From positions 1 to 34,063 of IMG/VR virus record IMGVR_UViG_3300037851_000185: a DNA stretch of 34,063 bases. The stretch is one strand, 5' to 3'. The notes below the pieces were generated by a model that was not told where the DNA came from, ran no database searches, and saw nothing but the letters and a program-made list of their open reading frames with translations. Positions 17,408 to 25,364 of the stretch are shown piece after piece. Source of the DNA: a virus. Its lineage: Duplodnaviria > Caudoviricetes. Position 1 is the stretch's first letter; each line of letters opens with the position of its first letter. The position numbers were made by a program, and so were the translations under genes.

Positions 17408-18490
17408 TCAGGATTCGCCGATTCGTGTAGCGGGATACCGATTACGAATCACCTGAGCAAAGAAGGAGCCCTTCGAGGTCGAGGCCTGGAACGCGGCGTG
17501 GACGTCTGACGGAACGCCTTTGTAAGCGTACCTGGACCCCGACCGGAACATGACCTCCAACGCCTCTGCATTCGGGTCGTAGACGATCTCCCTGACGTTC
17601 GTGGAATCTTCCACGACCAACCTCGCGAGCGCCAAGGAAGGCCCTCTGATTGCGCTAGGGATCGGATAGCCATCCGGTGCGTTGTAGACCTCCTGCTCGA
17701 CTCGCTTGAAGTCCTCGGAGATCCATTGGCGGAGTACACACCATGCCGGTCGGTTGAGGATGACGTGAGTGAAGTCGGCTTGATGCCAAGGCGTCCCAAT
17801 GAACAGCACTCGTCCCGACGGCTCCAAGCGGTGCATCCAGACGTTATCGATGTTGTCGATGATCTTTTGCCGTAGGGCTGGCTCGTCGATCGCGTTGCGC
17901 TGGTCCACGACGTCGTCAAATACGAGGAGGTCTGCACGACCACCTGTACCTGCGGAGAGGACGCCTGCTGCCTGAATGGAGGGATCGATGGAGAAGCCGG
18001 GTCGGTCGAGGAATACTTCGTGTTGGGTCCACTTGCTCTGGATCTTGGCCTTGGACGCCTTCTGATTGGAGACCGGACGGACGCCGGGGAAGACGGCTCT
18101 GTAGCGTGCAGAGGAGATCATGGCCGAGATGCCCATGACGCGCTCCATCGCCTTCTGATCGTTCTGGCAGACGATCTTCGTTCGGGCGTTCACGTCCTGC
18201 CCGATCTCAAACGCCGTCCGTCCAATGGTCATCTGGCTCGTCTTCCCGTGGCCGAACGGAGCCAGGATTGCCGGGATCCGACCAACCTTCCAGCACCACT
18301 CCGCATGGAGGTGCCAGAGTCGGTGGATCGTGGCCTGTTTGAGAGAGAAGCCTTCTTCGTCTCGCATGACGAATTCAACGAAAGGGTGGAACGAGGTACG
18401 GCACTCCTCGTACTTCGACCTGAGCGCAGCAGACGCAGCGACCCCGAGGTCGCCGTAGCGAGCCTCTTCAACTGAACGAGCGTTGACCAC
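17408..18490 (-). CDS. terL: terminase large subunit, N-terminal ATPase half, with in-frame C-terminal KTSC domain
   Basis: Walker A APFGHGKT, GGRADLLVFDD Walker B, GTPWHQAD coupling motif; last ~70 aa STNVREIVYD..LEVMFRSGSRYAY.GVP..SKGSFF..IRNRY match KTSC. Confidence 0.88.
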   Translation of the reverse strand: MVNARSVEEARYGDLGVAASAALRSKYEECRTSFHPFVEFVMRDEEGFSLKQATIHRLWHLHAEWCWKVGRIPAILAPFGHGKTSQMTIGRTAFEIGQDVNARTKIVCQNDQKAMERVMGISAMISSARYRAVFPGVRPVSNQKASKAKIQSKWTQHEVFLDRPGFSIDPSIQAAGVLSAGTGGRADLLVFDDVVDQRNAIDEPALRQKIIDNIDNVWMHRLEPSGRVLFIGTPWHQADFTHVILNRPAWCVLRQWISEDFKRVEQEVYNAPDGYPIPSAIRGPSLALARLVVEDSTNVREIVYDPNAEALEVMFRSGSRYAYKGVPSDVHAAFQASTSKGSFFAQVIRNRYPATRIGES

Positions 18491-18505
18491 CGAACGAACC
18501 TCTCC

Positions 18506-18523
18506 CCACTAATCGATTAGTGG
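18506..18523. repeat. palindrome copy 5 (18-bp perfect palindrome)
   Basis: CCA-CTAATCGATTAG-TGG just upstream of the terminase ATPase SD. Confidence 0.85.
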
Positions 18524-18533
18524 ACCCCGAACG

Positions 18534-18734
18534 TCATGCTGCCTTCTTAGTCGGGTCGTAAAACGCCACGTCTGAAACGGTCTCCTCGGAGTCGGTACCG
18601 AAGACAACTCCTTCCGAGAACGTCGCCTGATAGAACGCCCTCGCAGCCAACTCCAGCTCCTTCAGGGTCGAGCAGCCCATGGAGAACCGCATCGCAACGG
18701 TCTCTAGCTCGAATCTCGCTTCTTCAAGGTCCAT
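18534..18734 (-). CDS. small hypothetical protein
   Basis: 66 aa, SD GAGGAGGAG. Confidence 0.65.
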   Translation of the reverse strand: MDLEEARFELETVAMRFSMGCSTLKELELAARAFYQATFSEGVVFGTDSEETVSDVAFYDPTKKAA

Positions 18735-18744
18735 GATCTCCTCC

Positions 18745-19524
18745 TCAATGATGAGTTCGATCCGCGTTCAACTGGTACTCAATCAACCGCTCCACGTCGG
18801 GGGTGATCTTGTCGTTCGCCAGATCGATGATTGCCTGCTTCAAGACAGACTCCCCTCCCAAGACCTCGGCAGCTTGCTTCCCGTCTACCTTCGCTACGTC
18901 GTAAGCACTCGCCTTCATAAACTCACTCGGCTCTCCGGTATGGAGCCTCAGAATCTCCATCGAGGTCTTGAGCGTCGCGACTGCTCGCTCGTCAAGCCAC
19001 TGGAGCTTCGTCAACAACCCAACCGCAAGCTGCCAGGTAAGCTGCCCCTGACCCGCTGCCTGAACAATCGAATCCGCTGCACGCTGGGCGACAGTCAGCC
19101 TCGCCCTTGAGACCTGACCCGACACCGCGAGTGCAGACATGCTCGCCGACATCGCTGCACGAACGGCTTGGGCTTCGCGGGAACGCTCCTCCCTCGCGTC
19201 GAGTTCTGCCTTGGCGCGTTCCTCACGTAACTTGCCCGCTGTCTCCTGACGCTCCTTCTCGACCTCGTAAAGCTGCGCCCTGACCCTCGCCTGTTCATCC
19301 TGGAGTATCTGCCGAATCGGTCGTGTAGCCCAAGGCGGATTGGTCCATCCTTCCCTCCAACCTTTCCTCGCAGTTCGCAGCTCGCATCCGGCATGTCGTG
19401 CGGCATTCGAGAAGTTGTCTGGCTTCTCGCGGTACGCTTCGACGAGCAGATCATACTGCTCCCTGGTAAGACGGCAGGTACCCATGACTCTTCGGAGAGT
19501 GCAGGGAGTGGTGTAGTTGGTCAA
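18745..19524 (-). CDS. probable terminase small subunit (HTH plus coiled coil)
   Basis: NFSNAARHAGCELRTARK HTH, LHTGEP near the C-terminus, first gene upstream of TerL; real start may be ATG 19485. Confidence 0.55.
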   Translation of the reverse strand: MTNYTTPCTLRRVMGTCRLTREQYDLLVEAYREKPDNFSNAARHAGCELRTARKGWREGWTNPPWATRPIRQILQDEQARVRAQLYEVEKERQETAGKLREERAKAELDAREERSREAQAVRAAMSASMSALAVSGQVSRARLTVAQRAADSIVQAAGQGQLTWQLAVGLLTKLQWLDERAVATLKTSMEILRLHTGEPSEFMKASAYDVAKVDGKQAAEVLGGESVLKQAIIDLANDKITPDVERLIEYQLNADRTHH

Positions 19525-19624
19525 GATGCCGTGGCATCACAGCATTCGGGGAGCGTCGGATTGGCGTGTTCTGGGACTTGAAGAGGTATCGAAGCGTCAG
19601 GTGAAGTGAGGTAGGTTCTCGGGC

Positions 19625-20005
19625 ATGGAAGATACGTTCTGCATGGAATTCGCCCTGTCCGAAGAAGAATCCATCTGGCTCCGAACCGAACTGAAGCCAA
19701 TCCACAGGCAACCCGACGAGGAGACCTGGACCAATGAGCACCCAGGAATCGAGCCTACGAACTGGCCTGGATTCCAGGCTGAGTTCATGGGGGGACTGGT
19801 GAGGATTCGAAGTGAGCGTGGGAGTGCCTCTAATGCGCTCCTGGCACTCCAGCGGATGTTGGTGGCGAGTGGTAGCGATCGGAAGATCGGACTCTCTTGG
19901 GTGGCTAGGGATGCGTCAGGGTGCATCGTTGGGCACGTGGCCTACGTGACCTCGTCCGGGACGACGACCTACACGACTACGGACTGGCTGGCCGCGAATC
20001 TCTAA
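19625..20005 (+). CDS. hypothetical protein (only credible plus-strand gene)
   Basis: 126 aa in a gap in the minus-strand tiling, GAGGT upstream. Confidence 0.6.
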   Translation: MEDTFCMEFALSEEESIWLRTELKPIHRQPDEETWTNEHPGIEPTNWPGFQAEFMGGLVRIRSERGSASNALLALQRMLVASGSDRKIGLSWVARDASGCIVGHVAYVTSSGTTTYTTTDWLAANL

Positions 20006-20216
20006 CCTGACCACAGACCACGCATCGCTTCGGGAACCAGGGCTTTGTACGGTCTCCTGCGAGGGAGTCGGGACAGGCGCAACTTTGGGAACCGTGACCG
20101 TAGCCCTGCCAGTAGCAGGCGTCGAAGCCGTTGGCCGAGTAGGGGTATGGGTAGCGACGCTTCCCGTGCTCTAGCCCGATTTGGTAGGCGAGGGCCATTC
20201 TTTCCTTCCAGCTCAT
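19977..20216 (-). CDS. small hypothetical protein
   Basis: 79 aa, YWQGYGHG, CVVCG. Confidence 0.45.
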   Translation of the reverse strand: MSWKERMALAYQIGLEHGKRRYPYPYSANGFDACYWQGYGHGSQSCACPDSLAGDRTKPWFPKRCVVCGQVRDSRPASP

Positions 20217-20432
20217 CGCCTGGCCCTTGGCTTCTTCACTGGGTTGCGCGATGCGAGGCGTAGGAGGCTCTGCTCGGGAAGGTAGCCGAGAACGGTGTAC
20301 TGCTCGCGCAATTCGTCGTCAGTGAATTCGCGCGCTTCCATGAAACCTCAACAAACGTACCCCACACATATCCCACTACGAACGCACCATTATGATGACG
20401 AAGAAGAATCCACTCGTGCCGCTTCAGTCGCA

Positions 20433-20696
20433 TTACTTCCACCCTGCCTTGGCGCGGTTCAGCGCCCCTTCGTCCGGTTCGTCGTCCACGAAGACTTCGA
20501 CCAACTCGAAATCATCTGGCGTTCCACCGTCGAGTTCGCCGGAGGTGGACCACTCACCCGGCGTACCCCTCGCGCACTGATGACAAAGGCCCATGATCGA
20601 GGATTGCTGTGCTAGCTCGATCGCATCTTTGAGCATGTCGGCTTCGACTTCGACGTGTACTGAGATGTTCATGTTGGCGACGAACGTGTACTTCAT
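20433..20696 (-). CDS. small acidic hypothetical protein
   Basis: ATG 20696 with SD AAGGA; VEVEAD...AIELA motif. Confidence 0.6.
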   Translation of the reverse strand: MKYTFVANMNISVHVEVEADMLKDAIELAQQSSIMGLCHQCARGTPGEWSTSGELDGGTPDDFELVEVFVDDEPDEGALNRAKAGWK

Positions 20697-20716
20697 TTCG
20701 ATTCCTTCTCTCGGGT

Positions 20717-20938
20717 TCACCCATATCTCCCAGAAAGTTTTGCGAGTCGTGCGGCTTCTTCAAAGAGAGCCTCGACCTCTTCATCAGTCGCAGGACGCCA
20801 CGGTATCGCCGGTCGTCCATACAACGCCACGAACCGGAGAGCTGAGATTCTGTCCACGGTCGTCTTCGATCCGTCTGAGTAGACCGTCGTGAGGTAAGGC
20901 GCGTCTGGAACCAACTCGAATGAGTTACTCATCGACAT
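20717..20938 (-). CDS. small hypothetical protein
   Basis: 73 aa, SD GAGGG. Confidence 0.5.
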   Translation of the reverse strand: MSMSNSFELVPDAPYLTTVYSDGSKTTVDRISALRFVALYGRPAIPWRPATDEEVEALFEEAARLAKLSGRYG

Positions 20939-21135
20939 CCCTCGTTCGTAACCCTCACCAAGAACTTCTCAGCCTCGCCTGACTCGATCTTCTTCGCGTG
21001 AGATTCATACCAAGGACTTCGTGCCCGTAACCATGCCACGATCGCTGCACGCTCCATCTTCCGACCCTCTTCAACACCTACGTGGTAGTCACAGCACAAC
21101 GGACCTACGTCTGGGAGACAGTCGAAATTGCTCAT
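20929..21135 (-). CDS. small hypothetical protein
   Basis: ATGA overlap at 21135; ERAAIVAWLR motif common in phage accessory ORFs. Confidence 0.55.
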   Translation of the reverse strand: MSNFDCLPDVGPLCCDYHVGVEEGRKMERAAIVAWLRARSPWYESHAKKIESGEAEKFLVRVTNEGCR

Positions 21136-21350
21136 GCGGGCTCCAGGTGGAGGAGTGAGCGTAGAACTAGGTTCGCCGTGTTGACTCGGACAGTTTGGTC
21201 TCGGTCGCACCACCTGACGAGAGGGAAGTGGGAGTCTGAACCGTCGGTCACGACTCCATCCTTTGGAACGTCGGTATACATATCCACCGACCGGAGGAAT
21301 TGGGTCCGGTAACAGACGATGTCGCCCACTTTGAATGTCTGAGGAGCCAT
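21132..21350 (-). CDS. small SH3/KOW-like hypothetical protein
   Basis: FKVGDIV..G.V....VRW....NLV pattern. Confidence 0.55.
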   Translation of the reverse strand: MAPQTFKVGDIVCYRTQFLRSVDMYTDVPKDGVVTDGSDSHFPLVRWCDRDQTVRVNTANLVLRSLLHLEPA

Positions 21351-21382
21351 CGGGATGAATCATCCCGCGAGAGGTAAGGGTG

Positions 21383-21601
21383 CTAGAGGGGAGCTTCTCG
21401 GACGAACACGGCCACTCCGCCAAGGCTCTTGGCTTCAGCCTTTGATTGGCTACGAGTCAGAGCGAACGAAAACGCCTTCGCGTCCTGACGCGACCAAACA
21501 TCCATGTGCCGGTACTTGTAGAACCCGCGTTTGATGAACCGGAGTTCACGGCCACGGAAGACGTAGACGATGCGAGGCTTCACGGCTCGAAGCTCCTCCA
21601 C
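21383..21601 (-). CDS. small hypothetical protein
   Basis: 72 aa, fits tiling. Confidence 0.45.
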   Translation of the reverse strand: MEELRAVKPRIVYVFRGRELRFIKRGFYKYRHMDVWSRQDAKAFSFALTRSQSKAEAKSLGGVAVFVREAPL

Positions 21602-21825
21602 TCGGAGGTAGCACCCGAGCTACGAATCTGAACCTGAACGGTTCCATCTTCACACTCCGACCAGAACTGGACGATACACTCCACCTTAGACCCCATCGGA
21701 CGAACTGCCTTCGCGTCCTGTACCAAGATCCCTCCATCATCGAGGATGACCGCAAACGAGCCCTCCCGGTCTCGCCTCGCCCGATCACATGCAGCCGCGA
21801 TGGCTTGATCTAGTGTGTAAGACAT
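21580..21825 (-). CDS. small hypothetical protein
   Basis: TGATG overlap at 21825, SD GAGGG. Confidence 0.5.
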   Translation of the reverse strand: MSYTLDQAIAAACDRARRDREGSFAVILDDGGILVQDAKAVRPMGSKVECIVQFWSECEDGTVQVQIRSSGATSEWRSFEP

Positions 21826-22118
21826 CAGTACACCCTCGCCCTTCCACGCAGCACTCGCTCGTCCTCTTCCAACCCAAACAGGGTCGAGACGTAGAGGCGT
21901 AGCTCTCCCACGTAGGCTTCGCAGTTCAGGCAACCCGCTTCCGCCTGGTAGTAGTCGTGTCCGCCGATTCGCTTCTTCGCTCCTCCAACTCGCAGAGGCA
22001 CCTTACAGTGCGGACAGAGCGTACCGGGCACATCCACTCCACTCGCAGACGGTTCTGGGACCGAGAGCTTGATCACTTCGTCGTTCATCGTAATCGTCAG
22101 CTTCATATCTACCTCCAT
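21825..22118 (-). CDS. Zn-ribbon hypothetical protein
   Basis: CPHC and CLNC; likely start ATG 22106 after GGAGG. Confidence 0.6.
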   Translation of the reverse strand: MEVDMKLTITMNDEVIKLSVPEPSASGVDVPGTLCPHCKVPLRVGGAKKRIGGHDYYQAEAGCLNCEAYVGELRLYVSTLFGLEEDERVLRGRARVY

Positions 22119-22120
22119 TC

Positions 22121-22555
22121 CTAGAACTCAGGAGAGCTGTAGGACGCTCGAACTCCAAAGCACACAATCTGGCGGGTCCGCTTGCCACCAACGAAGTAAA
22201 GGCCCTCTTGGCTTCGCGTAGCGACGTCGGTTCGCTCGGTCGAGACGAAGACGCCTCTTCCCCGCACATCATCCCGTTGTAGTAGGACGCGACGCCCACT
22301 CTCCGAAACGTGGACCACGGTCGCCGGGTATTGATCTGAACCGACATGGATCGTTGCAGGTGTCCCGACCACCGGAGCGACGTGTTGCGTCGGGAGGACG
22401 ACCTCCAGATCGAGGACGACCTCAAGCGTCTTGTCCCGAACCAACTCTCCACACACCGTCGGCAGTCGCCTCCCTGGACGAGCCTGGACGAGCGCACGAG
22501 TACCCTCCACCACCACCGGATAATCGTAGCCATTGTCCCAGTAGACGAGATTCAT
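22121..22555 (-). CDS. hypothetical phage protein
   Basis: PVVGTPATIHVGSDQYPATVV motif; ATGA overlap. Confidence 0.65.
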   Translation of the reverse strand: MNLVYWDNGYDYPVVVEGTRALVQARPGRRLPTVCGELVRDKTLEVVLDLEVVLPTQHVAPVVGTPATIHVGSDQYPATVVHVSESGRRVLLQRDDVRGRGVFVSTERTDVATRSQEGLYFVGGKRTRQIVCFGVRASYSSPEF

Positions 22556-22830
22556 GACTCACCTCGCTTCATCGAATCGAACTCTTCAGCGAGCCTACGT
22601 GCCATATTGGTGCGCTCGCGATCTTCGTGGATGAGAACCAACTCCGCTGCTGCCTCCTCCGGTGTATCGAACGAACGAGCCGAAACAGGCTCCCAGGGCC
22701 AAGCTCCGACCTTCTCGTCGATCTCCCAGCCGTCTGTGTACCGCAGATGCGGTAGTAAGCCCGACCCGCTACAACGACGTAGAAGTGAACGGTCTGCCAG
22801 GAAGGAGGCTCCATCTTGGTGAACAACCAC
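22552..22830 (-). CDS. small hypothetical protein
   Basis: Stop coupled to next start; start uncertain. Confidence 0.4.
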   Translation of the reverse strand: MVVHQDGASFLADRSLLRRCSGSGLLPHLRYTDGWEIDEKVGAWPWEPVSARSFDTPEEAAAELVLIHEDRERTNMARRLAEEFDSMKRGES

Positions 22831-22852
22831 TTAGTTCCGAGATCAACTTTGA

Positions 22853-23269
22853 TCATACCGTCCTCCGTTCCTCGTGTTCGATGTAGTGCCGATCGACGAG
22901 CGCATTCGCGGCCTCTTCCGGGGACACGAACGGACCTTCAAGGTACGCTTCCCAGGCTCCTCCGAGTTCCTTCCGCTCAACCTTCCAGAACGACTCGTCG
23001 CCTACTCGCCTCACGAACCGATACTCGTCGAGGTCGTAAGAAGTGACGTATTCGACCAACGGGCGTCGTTCCACCTTCGCGTTGAACGACCAATCCGTGC
23101 CGAGATGCCCAACAATCGGCCGATGTCCTGTCTCGTCCGACTCCAACGCTCGTAAGAACACTGAAAGCTCGAACGTATTGAGCATGCAGATCGAACGGGC
23201 CACTGACGCTGGGAGCTTCGCTCTCAGAATCTCCTCCATCCGATCTAGCATCCAAGTCTTCTCGCTCAT
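22853..23269 (-). CDS. hypothetical protein
   Basis: ATG 23269 with SD GGAGG. Confidence 0.6.
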   Translation of the reverse strand: MSEKTWMLDRMEEILRAKLPASVARSICMLNTFELSVFLRALESDETGHRPIVGHLGTDWSFNAKVERRPLVEYVTSYDLDEYRFVRRVGDESFWKVERKELGGAWEAYLEGPFVSPEEAANALVDRHYIEHEERRTV

Positions 23270-23287
23270 GTATCCTCCCGTGGAACG

Positions 23288-23343
23288 TAGAGAGGGGGAG
23301 CCAAGACCGAGGAGCATCCCTCAGCCCTGACTCCCCCTCTCTA
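23288..23343 (-). promoter_or_regulatory. 26-bp intergenic RNA hairpin (possible RNase III-type processing site)
   Basis: 13-bp perfect inverted repeat extended by 13 more pairs; all five non-Watson-Crick pairs are G-U on the minus strand; 4-nt loop. Confidence 0.7.
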
Positions 23344-23353
23344 ATCGATTAGA
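23340..23353. repeat. palindrome copy 6
   Basis: TCTAATCGATTAGA supplying the TAA stop of the DUF932-like gene. Confidence 0.85.
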
Positions 23354-24525
23354 ACGCCGTGACAGTCAGGAGCTTGCCCGCTGCTCGGTCGAGCGCGACT
23401 CGTTCATCCGCGTAGGAAATCTTCTGGGACAGCTCCGTCAGCGAATTGCTCACAGCCCAGACCGTCCTCGGGTCTCCGTAGTCGTCCACTCGGACCTGAG
23501 CGAGATCGATTGCCTCGCCCACGAGCTTCTGACTCAGGCCAATCTTGTGTTTTGCAGTCAGGCCGAAGACCGTGTCTAGGACGTCCCCCTTCGTCGCCCC
23601 GAGGACCAACTTCCGAGCCGACTCAATTCGCGCTTCGGTGTCAGAGACGGACGAATCCGCGTAGCGACGCAGCTCGATGGAGAGGTTCTGGAACGCGCGA
23701 GAGTTCGCCGTTCCAACGTGGCGCACACGAATCTCTTGAACGCCCTTCGCTCCCCAGACGATGTGGTTCCCACACACCGACTTGTAGAGGTAGGACATGA
23801 ACCCGAACGCCGAAGCTCCGACCTCGGAGTTCCAGCAGAAGAACCCACGACGAAGTCCGTCCTCGGACCCGTCCTCGATTCGCCGGTCTTCATTGACGAG
23901 GAAGCAGAACATATCGTGGTCAGAGACGTAGACGCCCGCTGGGGCAATCATGTCTCCGACCTGGACCGAGAGCCCTCCGAGTGAACGAGGGGAGCGGAGG
24001 ACATCCGCCTGAGTCGCTGGGCGCGCACGAGGATCGTCTACGTTAGCTGGACGGGCAGGAGGCAGACGCCACCCACCCCCCCAGGTCTGCGAGTCTCTCC
24101 AGGACGTCTGCGTTCCAGATGCGCGAATACCGCGAAGAAGTGATCGACCGAAGGAGGATGTCCCCGTTCCGGTGGAACAGCAGGTTCGCGGGTTCGTCTC
24201 CGTTCGACTCCCGTGCCTTCATCCCGTAGTTGAGATTCTGCGCAGCGAGCGTCGCTGGCAGTCCACGCAAGTACCCAGCAGGCGCTCCTGCTAGACTGCT
24301 CAACTGGCCGAAGGCCCAGTGTGTGAGCTTCGCAGGGATGCCAGAGCGACCAACGAGGTGAACGTCCTCGCCTTGCGCCTCCACCCGAAGGTCGCCGTAA
24401 TGTCCCGGCTTCTCGACGGCGACTGAGCGATAGGCGTCAGACGCAGCGTGGGCTTCTTGCACAGTCCAGAAGCGTTCGTCGTCTGGGCGAATTGACCACT
24501 GCTTGTGTGCTTTGAAGAGTTCCAT
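23349..24525 (-). pseudogene. DUF932-family protein split by a +1 frameshift in a G7 run
   Basis: RPDDERF, THWAFGQL, APAGYL, SRYSRIWN in ORF 24043-24525; removing one G at 24076-24082 gives GWRLPPARP..VGDMIAPAGVYVSDHDMF..RGFFCWNSEVG..VCGNHIVWG continuous to 23349. Confidence 0.8.
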
Positions 24526-24527
24526 AA

Positions 24528-24704
24528 TTAGCGAACCTCCTCTTCCACGAGGTCCGTCGCCCAGACCTTCAGTACTTCGCCGTCGATGGAGACGAGCGCG
24601 TACCAGCCTGACTCGCCCTTAGAGATGGAAGCCAAGCGGAGTCCGTCCTTCGCCAGTTCCGCGTTTATCTGAGCGTCCTTCGCCGCTTTCGTAGTTTCGT
24701 TCAT
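24528..24704 (-). CDS. small hypothetical protein (58 aa, below ORF-track cutoff)
   Basis: ATG with SD GGAG; MNETTKAAKDAQINAELAKDGLRL...; TAA two bases before the DUF932 ATG. Confidence 0.55.
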   Translation of the reverse strand: MNETTKAAKDAQINAELAKDGLRLASISKGESGWYALVSIDGEVLKVWATDLVEEEVR

Positions 24705-24824
24705 ACAATCTCCACCCCCGACCGTGGCCTAAGCCGACTGTGGGGGTCTTTAGTGGGGCGTCGTGCCCAGGAGAAGGTTAATAGAACGAAAGGACCGAGA
24801 AAAGCGGAATCGAAAGCGCCCGAA

Positions 24825-25364
24825 TCACCTGGGAAGGATGCGTCTTACAGCCAGCGCAACGTCGGAAGGGGTCTCTCGGGACACGTCGATGGTGGTTGTC
24901 TTTTCCCAAACGGGTAACTCCACGAACCGCTCGGACTTCGTCCTCCGTCCACGGACCCATGTGGCGTTCTGTAGCTCTGACCCAATCGACGCAGCTCGCT
25001 TCTGGCGGCGACTCTCCGCGATCGATCTCTCTGCCTTCAGCAAGACGCAGAACTTCCGCACCGAAGAAGGGGACATCTCAATCGCACCCGCGTAGGCAAA
25101 GCGGTCTCCGTCGAGGAACGTCAGTGGGTACTTCGGGGCGAGGATCGTCTTCCAGACTTCGATTGCGGCGCTGACTCCGTTGTACGGGATCGTGTCTGCT
25201 CCGTCGAACGCACCACCTGTGTAGTGTCCTGCTGCGAGCGCCATGCCCATCGTCCACTTGGGGCTTCGATATAGACGACAGGAAGAGAGCGGACCCAGGA
25301 ACTCTTTGACGACTGATGTCTTCCCGACACCGGGCTCACCGACGACCCAGACGACCACATTCAT
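24825..25364 (-). CDS. P-loop nucleotide/DNA kinase of base-modification clusters
   Basis: GEPGVGKT, GHY..GAFDGADTI, LDGDRF, QNATWVRGRRTK; ATGA overlap at 25364. Confidence 0.8.
   Translation of the reverse strand: MNVVVWVVGEPGVGKTSVVKEFLGPLSSCRLYRSPKWTMGMALAAGHYTGGAFDGADTIPYNGVSAAIEVWKTILAPKYPLTFLDGDRFAYAGAIEMSPSSVRKFCVLLKAERSIAESRRQKRAASIGSELQNATWVRGRRTKSERFVELPVWEKTTTIDVSRETPSDVALAVRRILPR

Noticed and set aside
75-23353. CRISPR array or REP-type repeat interpretation of the palindrome
   Set aside because: Copies are 12-24 bp, kilobases apart, with no regular spacers and no cas genes
12128-24737. Shared 12-mer GGCCTAAGCCGA at 12128 and 24726
   Set aside because: A single 12-bp match is expected by chance in 34 kb
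24705-24824. Sigma70 promoter or terminator between kinase and accessory genes
   Set aside because: AT-richer patch and an imperfect hairpin are present, but no convincing -35/-10 pair or U-tailed stem
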